Source of the DNA: Candidatus Heimdallarchaeum aukensis | Lineage (GTDB): Archaea; Asgardarchaeota; Heimdallarchaeia; Heimdallarchaeales; Heimdallarchaeaceae | Length of the DNA stretch: 64,000 nucleotides | Assembly (NCBI GenBank): GCA_021513695.1 | Contig: CP084166.1 | Coordinates: forward strand, 864,001-928,000 | Direction of reading: 5' to 3' | Shown: positions 42,586-51,081 of the stretch, one piece after another | Layout of the letters: each line of letters begins with the position of its first letter | Position numbering within the stretch: the stretch's first letter is position 1 | Translations under genes and position numbers: made by a program | The notes under the pieces: model-generated | What the model saw: only the letters and a program-made list of their open reading frames with translations | Told to the model about the DNA's origin: nothing | The model's database searches: none

Positions 42586-43030
42586 ATGGATATAAAAATG
42601 GACATTAATAAATTCAAAAATCAAAACATCTTGATAATTAGTGAAAATGGTTTTATTGGTTCTCACCTTTTTCTAAAGCTTAGACATTTATCTAAAAATA
42701 TTATTAGAACAGTTTATTCACATAATTCAGAGAAAAATCAATTGTACAAATTTTACTATATCCATGTATTATTTGTTCAGCTGATGATTTAGAAGATGAA
42801 TATGCAATTGATGGGATTTAATAGATGTGTTTCATCTATAGGTAAATATTTAGTTTTTCCATAAACCAGACCAGATGATGAAAATACAAATTTTGAATCC
42901 TCTTGATATTTTCTAATGTTTTCCATTATATTTAAAGTTCCAAAAGTATTGACTTGATAACAAAGCTCTGGCTTTTTTATTGATTCATAAACATCAATTA
43001 AACTTGCTAGGTAATATATGATATTGAAAT
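42586..43030. pseudogene. Disrupted NAD-dependent sugar epimerase/dehydratase: N-terminal fragment on + strand (42586-42792) and the following mid-gene segment inverted on - strand (~43030 to 42790)
   Basis: The + strand encodes NILIISENGFIGSHLFLKL (Rossmann GxxGxxG start). The - strand encodes YLASLIDVYESIKKPELCYQVNTFGTLNIMENIRKYQEDSKFVFSSSGLVYGKTKYLPIDETH, which is the segment that normally follows in the same orientation. The C-terminal part is absent. Confidence 0.55.
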
Positions 43031-43245
43031 TTTAAAATTATTACAATAATATCCTACAAACGATTTGGTTATACTATTAAGATATATAAGTGAAGTAGAT
43101 AAAATAAATAAAAACTACCTCACTTTTAAATCTTTATAAGTTTAGTTCTTTATAAATTTTGGTTAATCTTACTACATTTTTCTCATTATAATACTTTTTT
43201 TTATTATTTTTTTATTTATCATGAGACATTCATGAAATGTAGAGA

Positions 43246-43317
43246 CTAGGTCTAACCTACTGTAACTCAGATCTCTTTTTTTCTTCCTCTCTTATTACAA
43301 TTTTCCCCCTTCACTAG
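43246..43317. repeat. Left half of repeated intergenic element copy B; the right half resumes at 44081
   Basis: ctaggtctaacctactgtaactcagatctc...cctctcttattacaatttt matches 28341-28395. Confidence 0.45.
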
Positions 43318-44080
43318 GGTAGTGTCTAGTTTTTATACCACCTCCTAGGTAAAAAGGAACTAAGGGGAGGATGTCCCAAGCTCTGATGAGGACGAACGAA
43401 ATTATAATGGAGCATAAAGAGAGTAAGAAAACCAGAAAGATGAGTAGAGCCATAGACGGCACGGATAGGACAAGTGCAGTGGAGAATAGAATGAAACCAA
43501 CGATAACTCTTAAGAGTAGCATTAAAACGTTCAATATAGGAGCGTAAACCACCTTTGATAACGGAGATTTTGATACCTAGACGAAGTAAGACAGGATACC
43601 ATACCCCTGCATCTGTAACGACAATACGGGGCTTAAAACCCCAACATTTGAGCCAATAACGGAAAGTTAGTAAACATTCAAGATTACTCCGTCCTTTAGT
43701 AATACTAAAACCCAGTAAAGTCTTGTTGTAAGGATCTAACGCGAACCACAGATATATTGAGCCTTGAGAGGTCCTAATCTCTGTTTCATCTACTACTATA
43801 ATCTCTGGTATTCCCCCTCTCTCTGCTACAACTCTATGTAAACTTTCCCTAAAGAGCCTGAACTTCTTTACCCAATACCATAATGTTTGATGCGTTAAAC
43901 CATTCTTCCATGCTACTGTCCTCAACCCATTCTTTGAACCAATATATTCATAAATCGCTTTTATTATTATTTTTTTGGGGACTCTGCATCTCTTAAAAAG
44001 AGCAGATAGTTTTTGTGTTTTCATATCTTACTATTAGAGTCCCCACAAATATTTTTGTCGGAAGAAAACTAGACACTACC
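43318..44080 (-). mobile_element. IS6-family-like insertion sequence (about 763 bp, 16-bp perfect terminal inverted repeats GGTAGTGTCTAGTTTT, 9-bp direct target duplication CTTCACTAG)
   Basis: The inverted repeats start with GG as in the IS6 family. The CTTCACTAG duplication sits at 43309-43317 and 44081-44089. The single ORF spans almost the whole element. Confidence 0.75.
43326..44024 (-). CDS. DDE transposase, IS6-family-like
   Basis: 232 aa. VVDETEI, VVTDAGVWY and IERFNATLKSYRW blocks resemble the D, D and E/K regions of IS6/IS26-type transposases. There is an N-terminal HTH-like region. Confidence 0.7.
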   Translation of the reverse strand: MKTQKLSALFKRCRVPKKIIIKAIYEYIGSKNGLRTVAWKNGLTHQTLWYWVKKFRLFRESLHRVVAERGGIPEIIVVDETEIRTSQGSIYLWFALDPYNKTLLGFSITKGRSNLECLLTFRYWLKCWGFKPRIVVTDAGVWYPVLLRLGIKISVIKGGLRSYIERFNATLKSYRWFHSILHCTCPIRAVYGSTHLSGFLTLFMLHYNFVRPHQSLGHPPLSSFLPRRWYKN

Positions 44081-44437
44081 CTTCACTAGCCTCCTAACCT
44101 TCTTATATTAGAGAAATAATTTATTAAAAGAAACATTTTTCTAGTACCCAAAAGTATAACCCATGTCTATCGAGTGAACAACTAGGGAAATAGTAATCAA
44201 AAATTCTTCATATATTGAATAATCTGATATTGGATATTTGAAATTAAGTCCAATTTCCGCTTACAAATTCCTCTTTTGAAGTTTTGTATATACTTCTTTA
44301 TACATGCATATTATAAAATGAAAACATAAGCTTAATTTATATTCTTCTTTTTGACATATTATTTTAATCATTATAGAGAAAAATAGAGTTTCAATTAGAA
44401 AAAATAAATTTTTATTATAGAAAAAAAATATTAACTT

Positions 44438-45394
44438 GTGAGTTTTATATTGCGTGAGATGATAACAATGAATTCAGATTTATCACTAAAAGACAAGAAA
44501 ATTTTATTAACAGGTGGTAGTGGTTTTTTTGGAAGTTTTATTCTTGATGAATTAAATAAAGAGGAAGTTTCTGAAATTATTGTACCAAGGTCATCAAGGC
44601 ATGATTTACGTAATAGAGATGATGTACAAGATGTAATGGACGGAGTTGACATCGTAATACATGCTGCAGGAATTGTATCTGGTATTGGGGGAATTCAAGA
44701 AATACCTGCAAAAATTTTTTATGATAACGCAATAATGGGCTTGCATATAATGGAAGAAGCAAAAAATTTTGGAATTAAGAAATTAGTAAATATAGGTACT
44801 GCTTGTTCATATCCCAAATTTGCACCTATACCCTTAAAAGAGAAAGATTTATGGGCTGGATATCCTGAAGAAACCAAAGCTTCTTATGGTATCGCTAAAC
44901 GTTTACTAGTAGAAGGTGCAAGAGTTTATCATCATCAATATAATTTAAATGTTATCCCACTAATAATATTTAATCTATATGGACCTCGTGACAATTTTGA
45001 TTTAGCTACCTCTCATGTAATACCTGCTTTAATTCGAAAATGCTTAGAATCAAACAAGTTAGTGGTTTGGGGAGATGGAACTCCAACAAGAAGTTTTTTG
45101 TATGTCAAAGACGCAGCAAAAGCTGTGATATTGGCAACAAAAAAATATAATAAACATTACCCTGTAAATATAGGTACATCTGAAGAAACTAGTATTAAAA
45201 ATCTTGTAGAATTAATAGCTGAATTAACTGGTTTTAATGGTGAAATAATCTATGATAAAACAAAACCTAATGGACAACCTAGGCGATGTGCAGATGTTTC
45301 GTTAGCAAAAAAAGAATTTAATTTTGAAGCTAAATATTCATTAAAACAAGGATTAAAGGAAACAATTGATTGGTATAAAAAAAATTTTAACTGA
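44438..45394 (+). CDS. GDP-4-keto-6-deoxy-D-mannose 3,5-epimerase/4-reductase family (GDP-L-fucose synthase Fcl/WcaG or GDP-colitose synthase ColC-like)
   Basis: KKILLTGGSGFFGS Rossmann start. NIGTACSYPKFAPIPLKEKDLWAGYPEETKASYGIAKRLLVEG...LYGPRDNFDLATSHVIPALIRK aligns closely with the Fcl blocks (SSCIYPK...EPTNEPYAIAK...LYGPHDNF...SHVIPALLRR) from memory. Confidence 0.75.
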   Translation: MSFILREMITMNSDLSLKDKKILLTGGSGFFGSFILDELNKEEVSEIIVPRSSRHDLRNRDDVQDVMDGVDIVIHAAGIVSGIGGIQEIPAKIFYDNAIMGLHIMEEAKNFGIKKLVNIGTACSYPKFAPIPLKEKDLWAGYPEETKASYGIAKRLLVEGARVYHHQYNLNVIPLIIFNLYGPRDNFDLATSHVIPALIRKCLESNKLVVWGDGTPTRSFLYVKDAAKAVILATKKYNKHYPVNIGTSEETSIKNLVELIAELTGFNGEIIYDKTKPNGQPRRCADVSLAKKEFNFEAKYSLKQGLKETIDWYKKNFN

Positions 45395-45559
45395 AAATTT
45401 TGACTTTTTTGTTTAATTTTAATTAATTACTGTTATATCACGATATTCATAAATAAAAGTTATTGATAACAATGTAGAAATAATTAATTATTAGAAATCT
45501 CAATTTTAATTCTTCAGTGATCCTTCTGGAGGAAGTTTTATGTTTTCAGAAAAAAAATA

Positions 45560-45830
45560 TAAATCCATCCCTACCATAAATGATGCGTAAAATCCACGAT
45601 CATAAATCTTTCGCCATACATATGAATTATTTTTGTTTGGTGGATAATTAATAATACAGGATTTATGATTTTAGGGAGAATTAGTGGTAGCAGCATATTT
45701 ATCAATCTTTAAAATTGGCTAACATATACATTAGCATTCTGCATTGTTAGAATATAGCAAAGATAAGAACCAAGAAAAACTGAACCACCAGTTACAAAAA
45801 TACTTTGATTCTCAATTTTTATTTCTCTCT
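45560..45830 (-). pseudogene. Fragment of another NAD-dependent sugar epimerase/dehydratase (N-terminal Rossmann segment only)
   Basis: The minus strand encodes EKREIKIENQSIFVTGGSVFLGSYLCYILTMQNANVYVSQF followed by stops and frame changes. No intact start or continuation. Confidence 0.45.
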
Positions 45831-46202
45831 TTTTTAAATTATTGTATTTTAATCTTCATTGATGAATATAAAAATTAATTTGGTTATATATAAAAATCTA
45901 TATCAATTTTAATATGGCTTTTAGAAAATAAAATTTATTTTAGTTTTAAAACAATGAAGAGGATTATTTAAAAGAAAATTGTTAAAAGAAAAAATTAATA
46001 TTCATAAGTTCACATAAAATAGCCACAAACTATTAAGATAATGGAATAAATAGGAAACAGATATTCATATGACTATAAAAGTATATGATTTTTGTCTTTT
46101 AGAATAGAAAATACAAATTTTTTTTGTAGATGTAATTCTAAATATCCCTTTACTTTTAATAAAAACCTAATCTTTATAATAAGATTAGTAATTATTCTTC
46201 AT

Positions 46203-47333
46203 ATGGATAAAGTTATAATAATTGGTCCCTCTTCAAAATTCTTAAGTGGTATCACATATTATACAATTAATATAGCAAATTTGTTAAGAAAAGATAAAAA
46301 AATTTTTATTTTTGAAATAGATCAATTATTACCAAAATTTTTATTTCCTGGGTCAGGAAGAGTGGGTAAAATACAAACAATCTCTACTTATAAAGAAGAA
46401 GTCTCAGTTAGCCATATTAAAATGAAATATTATTCAATACCTTCAATAATTAAAGCAGCAAAGTCTATAAACATGTTAAAACCAAAGGTAGTAATCTTTC
46501 AATGGTGGTCTTGTACAGTAGCACACATTTATTATTTTTTAATAAAACTTATTTCAAAAGAGATTAAAATCATTTTTGAGTTTCATGAAATTTTAGATAC
46601 AAGCGAAGCTTCATTTTTTCTTCTAAAAATTTATACGAGTTTGATGATGAAATTGTTGTTAAAGGAAGTTACAATATTTATAACTCATTCAGTTTCCGAT
46701 AAGAAAAAAGTAATAAAAACTTATAAAATAGATGAAAGCAAAATTCAAGTTATACCTCATCTTACAACAACTACCTATTCTTTAATAAGTAAAAATATTG
46801 CTAGAAAAAAATTTAATTTACCAATGAACTCAATCGTCTTGGTATTTTTTGGATTAATTAGAAAATATAAAGGAATCAACATTTTAGTTAAAGCTTTTGA
46901 ACAATTAAAAATAAACAGCTTAAAAAAGCCATTACTTATTATTGCTGGAGAGATATGGGATCCATTAGACAAGAAAACTAACAAGATAATAAATGAAAAT
47001 AGAAATATTATTCTTATTAACAAATACTTATCAGATGAGGAGGTAGAATATTTAATCTCTGCTGCAGATTGTTTTGTATTACCATATACTAGAGCATCTC
47101 AGAGTGGAGTATTAAGTATAATACATAATACAGGCAAACCTGTAATATTATCTGACATAAAAGAATTCGTGGAAGCTTCAAAACATTATAGTAATTCTAT
47201 TTTCTTTAAGAGAAATGATATTATAGATTTAAAATCAAAAATAGAAAAATTCACTAAAAATCATAATGATTTTAATATTAAGCCAGTTAACAACAATGAA
47301 AGAGTTAAAGAATTATATCTTTCTGTAATGTAA
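46203..47333 (+). CDS. GT-B (GT4-like) glycosyltransferase
   Basis: Likely start MDKVIIIGPSSKFLSGITYY; the ORF track begins 37 codons earlier. The C-terminal nucleotide-sugar-binding-like region ISAADCFVLPYTRASQSGVLSIIHNTGKPVILSDI is a degenerate EX7E. Confidence 0.55.
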   Translation: MDKVIIIGPSSKFLSGITYYTINIANLLRKDKKIFIFEIDQLLPKFLFPGSGRVGKIQTISTYKEEVSVSHIKMKYYSIPSIIKAAKSINMLKPKVVIFQWWSCTVAHIYYFLIKLISKEIKIIFEFHEILDTSEASFFLLKIYTSLMMKLLLKEVTIFITHSVSDKKKVIKTYKIDESKIQVIPHLTTTTYSLISKNIARKKFNLPMNSIVLVFFGLIRKYKGINILVKAFEQLKINSLKKPLLIIAGEIWDPLDKKTNKIINENRNIILINKYLSDEEVEYLISAADCFVLPYTRASQSGVLSIIHNTGKPVILSDIKEFVEASKHYSNSIFFKRNDIIDLKSKIEKFTKNHNDFNIKPVNNNERVKELYLSVM

Positions 47334-47463
47334 TTATATATTTCTAAAAGAGGAGATAAAATCATTGTTACGCTTACAGACAAGCTATTATGAATCGAAA
47401 TTCTCAAATGAAAGTAATATTATATGTTTTTGTCTATCTTCAATTAAATATTAAATAATTAAT

Positions 47464-48469
47464 AAAGCATGTCCAAAAATTAATTTTTATTAATGTGGGG
47501 GTTTATGTCGGAAGTATGAGTTTCTTTCAGATCATAGACCCCCACAAAGCAAGAGAATTCATAATCATTAATGAACCTTTCCTTAAGAAACTGGTGAAAG
47601 AGGAACCGAGAGAAAGTAAGAGAGGGAGAAAAAGAATAGCAGAAAGGTGGGTGATACTGGCTTTAGCGATCATTGCGAGAATAGAAGGAATTGCTTGGAG
47701 GAAGTTAGAGGAAAAGTTGTCTTTATGCGATTTTTTGATAGAAGAGGGGTGGATGAAGAAGATTCCTTCCAAATCTACTTTTCATGCAGTGTGGAGAGCG
47801 ACAGAAAGTAAGTTGCTGGAGCGGTGGATAATAGATTTAGGTAGGGAAAATAGTAAGGAAAAAAGGGTTGAAAGCTATGTCGGTGGATAGTTCAGGTTTT
47901 AAAATTCGTCAAGCTTCTGTTTGGCGTTTTCTCAAGTGGGCAAGAGGAGGACTAAAGAAAACCTCCAAACTTTTCTGGAAGATACACCTTATAGTTGGTT
48001 TACCCTCTCGAGCTATAGTCTCTCTTGCTCATTCTGCTAGTAACACTCACGATAGTAAAGTCTTCGGTTTACTATGGCAGAAACTTCCTTCTGCACTCTT
48101 GAGACCTTTCTTGAGATTCTATGGAGACTGCGCTTACTGGACAGAAAATATCGTGGGACTTCTTAGCCAACATTCCTTTTTTCCTGTTATTCCTCCAAAA
48201 AGTAATGCTCGTTATCCCTCTCCTCCTCCTCTTGGACCAATAGTTCAAGCTCATCGTCTCTACCCTGGTCTCTATCGTCATAATCACCACCCCGAGTATC
48301 GTAGTAGTATTGAACATGTCTTTGGTCTCCTCAAACTCTCTCTTCCCCCGATTCTTGATCGCTTACCCTCCACCATCCTCTCTACCTTGTACAGTTCTCT
48401 TCTCTGTTACAACTACCTTTTACTCCTTCGGACTGTATAGTTGGTGAAAAAGAATTTTTGGACATGCTT
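47464..48469 (+). mobile_element. IS4/IS5-superfamily insertion sequence, copy 2 (identical to copy 1 apart from a single extra A)
   Basis: Same inverted repeats and internal sequence as 40345-41349. gggaaaatag here versus gggaaatag in copy 1 (~47836). Confidence 0.85.
47495..48440 (+). pseudogene. IS4/IS5 transposase gene, frameshifted (split into 47495-47890 and 47868-48440)
   Basis: A 1-nt insertion in an A-run breaks the reading frame relative to copy 1. This could be a genuine inactivating mutation or a homopolymer sequencing error. Confidence 0.75.
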
Positions 48470-48600
48470 TAATAATTAAATACTAAATAATAATTTAATA
48501 ATTAAATATTAAATAATAAAAAAATTTATTTTGGAATACATATTCTATTTTAATTTCTAAAAGAAAAAAATATAAAAATATTTGAATCTTTACATTAAGT

Positions 48601-49704
48601 ATGTTATCAGAAAAAGAAATTTTCCGTGAAATAAATGCTAAACATAAAAAAATTCTTATAGATCCTGAAAATTTAGATTCTTATTTGTCAAATTTTGATA
48701 AAGAAAAAAAAGATTTATTTGATCCAAAAAAACTAGAAGGTTCTAGGGTTTTAATTACCGGTATTACCGGATTTGTAGGAAGTCATTTAGCAGAGAAACT
48801 TGTAGGATTAGACTCTGATATTGATGTTTATGGTGTTGTGCGAAGACAATCTGTACCTAACTTCCCAAATATTAAACATATTGTTAATGACATAAATCTA
48901 ATAGAAGCAAATTTGATAGATTATTCTTCTTTAGAACATACTATTAATAATGTAGAACCAGACTATATTTTCCATCTAGCAGCTCAATCTTTTGTACCAA
49001 CTTCTTTTATTGCACCAATTGAGTCTGTAACAATAAACATTCAAGGAACAGTAAATTTACTTGAAATTCTTCGTAAAAGTGAAATTAATTTCAGTGGAAT
49101 TCAAGTTGCCTGCAGTAGTGAGCAATATGGACTTGTCTATCCTGATGAAGTTCCAATAAATGAGAACAATCCATTTAGACCACAATCACCTTATGCTGTT
49201 AGTAAAATAGCAACTGAAAAATATAGTTTAACTTATCATAGAGCTTATGGTTTACCAATTGTAATTACAAGAGGTTTTAATCATACAGGTCCAAGAAGAG
49301 GAATAAAGTTTGTTACTTCAGTAATCGCAAGTCAAATCGCAAATATTATTAATGGCAAAGGAAATAAGATAATAATCGGAAACCCCAAACCAATAAGAGA
49401 TTTTACATTTATTGAAGATATGATACAAGGATATATTTTATCAATAATAAAAGGAAAAAGAGGTGAGGTTTACAATCTTGGTCATGGATTTGGAATTAGT
49501 ATAGAGAATTTGATTAAACTTACTGCATCTATTTACGATGTTAGCTATGAAATTGAAATTGATAAATCAAGATATCGACCAGCAGAGGTAAACATTCTTG
49601 TATGTGATTATTCAAAAGCTAAAAAAGAACTAGGTTATTATCCACAATATTCGTTAGTTGAGACTATCAGAAAAATTGTTGAATTTTACTTAGAAAAAAC
49701 GTAA
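48601..49704 (+). CDS. gmd: GDP-mannose 4,6-dehydratase-like (Gmd family) NDP-sugar dehydratase
   Basis: RVLITGITGFVGSHLAEKL, VVRRQS, DYIFHLAAQSFV, PYAVSKIATEKY (YxxxK) and especially GFNHTGPRRGIKFVT resemble Gmd blocks (IVRRSS, YNLGAQSHV, FNHESPRRG) recalled from memory. It has a 45-aa N-terminal extension. Confidence 0.7.
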   Translation: MLSEKEIFREINAKHKKILIDPENLDSYLSNFDKEKKDLFDPKKLEGSRVLITGITGFVGSHLAEKLVGLDSDIDVYGVVRRQSVPNFPNIKHIVNDINLIEANLIDYSSLEHTINNVEPDYIFHLAAQSFVPTSFIAPIESVTINIQGTVNLLEILRKSEINFSGIQVACSSEQYGLVYPDEVPINENNPFRPQSPYAVSKIATEKYSLTYHRAYGLPIVITRGFNHTGPRRGIKFVTSVIASQIANIINGKGNKIIIGNPKPIRDFTFIEDMIQGYILSIIKGKRGEVYNLGHGFGISIENLIKLTASIYDVSYEIEIDKSRYRPAEVNILVCDYSKAKKELGYYPQYSLVETIRKIVEFYLEKT

Positions 49705-49729
49705 TCTTAAATTATAGGGTGATTTTATA

Positions 49730-50998
49730 ATGAAGTTAGAAACAGCATTGAATGAAATTAAGAATATTGTAGATATGTATTTCTCTGAAAATGATATTTA
49801 TAAAGATGAAACGAAGATAAGGCTTATTGCTCCTTCATATGGAACTAAAGAAGTGATAGAAGTAATAGAATCACTTCTTTCCACTAATGTAACAATGGGT
49901 AAAAAAGTTAGTGAATTTGAAAATATGTTTTCAACATACTTAAATGTGAAATATGGTACTATGGTAAATTCTGGTTCAAGTGCAAATTTAATAGCTCTTC
50001 AAATTTTATCAAATCCTGCTATTAGAAATAATATTAAACCTAAAGACGAAATTATTACTCCAGCTTTAACTTGGTCTACTACTGTTTTTCCAATGTTTGA
50101 TATTCATGCAGTTCCTGTATTTGTTGATGTGGATCCTAAAACTTTGACTATTGATGTTAACCAACTAAAAAGCGCTTTATCTAAGAAAACTAAGGCAATA
50201 ATGCCAGTTCATCTTTTAGGTCATCCATGTGATATGGACTACATAACAGAATTTGCTGAAGATAATTCATTGTACATAATTGAAGATTGTTGTGAAGCTC
50301 ATGGAGCAATGTGGAAAGGTAAGAAAGTTGGTAGTTTTGGTGATATCGGTACTTTTAGTTTCTTTTTTTCTCATCATATATCTACGATAGAGGGTGGGAT
50401 TGTTGTTACTAATAACGAAGAATATAATCTTTTATCAAAATCTTTGAGGGCCCATGGTTGGATTCGAGAGAGAAAAGATAGGTCGATTTTAGCTAAAAAA
50501 TATCCTTTTATCAGTGAAAAATATCTTTTTATAAATAAAGGATATAATTTAAGACCTACAGAACTTCAAGGCGCATTTGGAATACATCAAATTAAGAAAT
50601 TAGATGATTTCATTAAAATTAGAGAAGAAAATGCAAAATATTGGTTATCTGAACTTGATGAAATAAAGCATCTTATACAGTTACCAACCATTAAGAAAGA
50701 TGTTAAGCATTCATGGTTTGGTTTTCCCTTAATAGTTAAAGATGAAGCTCCATTTAAAAAAGATGACTTAATTCAATATCTTGAATTAAATAACATTGAA
50801 ACTCGTCCAATTATGTCAGGTAACATTACAGAACATCCAGCTTTAAAATATTTCAAATGGCGTAAGATCGGTAATTTGGAAGTATCCTCGAAAGTTATGA
50901 AGAATGGCTTTTTCTTTGGTAATCATCTAGGTATTAAAAACTACGAAAGAGAATTTATTGCGGAGAAAATTAGAGAGTTCATAGATTATAAAACTTAG
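49730..50998 (+). CDS. DegT/DnrJ/EryC1-family PLP enzyme with His replacing the Schiff-base Lys: ColD-like NDP-4-keto-6-deoxyhexose 3-dehydratase rather than a classical aminotransferase
   Basis: The block GSFGDIGTFSFFFSHHISTIEGGIVVTN aligns to the family consensus ...SFhgnKiittgEGG... with H at the K position, read by eye. The remaining blocks (HGWIRER, NIETRPIM) are standard DegT. Confidence 0.65.
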   Translation: MKLETALNEIKNIVDMYFSENDIYKDETKIRLIAPSYGTKEVIEVIESLLSTNVTMGKKVSEFENMFSTYLNVKYGTMVNSGSSANLIALQILSNPAIRNNIKPKDEIITPALTWSTTVFPMFDIHAVPVFVDVDPKTLTIDVNQLKSALSKKTKAIMPVHLLGHPCDMDYITEFAEDNSLYIIEDCCEAHGAMWKGKKVGSFGDIGTFSFFFSHHISTIEGGIVVTNNEEYNLLSKSLRAHGWIRERKDRSILAKKYPFISEKYLFINKGYNLRPTELQGAFGIHQIKKLDDFIKIREENAKYWLSELDEIKHLIQLPTIKKDVKHSWFGFPLIVKDEAPFKKDDLIQYLELNNIETRPIMSGNITEHPALKYFKWRKIGNLEVSSKVMKNGFFFGNHLGIKNYEREFIAEKIREFIDYKT

Positions 50999-51081
50999 AT
51001 ATCCTTTAAAATAAACTGTTAAATAATATAGAAATTTCCTAAAAAATACTTCTAACATTTTTTATTTTGTTTTTCTGCTAA

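Noticed and set aside
42586-42792. Calling 42586-42792 an intact small gene
   Set aside because: It encodes only the first ~55 residues of a Rossmann-fold epimerase. It terminates where an inverted continuation begins, so it is a gene fragment.
43295-43552. 85-aa ORF overlapping the 3-prime end of the IS6-like transposase gene
   Set aside because: It is in an alternative frame of the transposase CDS and extends beyond the inverted repeat. It is an artefact.
47836-47845. Possible programmed ribosomal frameshift in the IS copy-2 transposase
   Set aside because: Copy 1 is a single uninterrupted ORF at the same position. The difference is a 1-nt homopolymer change, so it is a mutation or sequencing error rather than a conserved slippery site.
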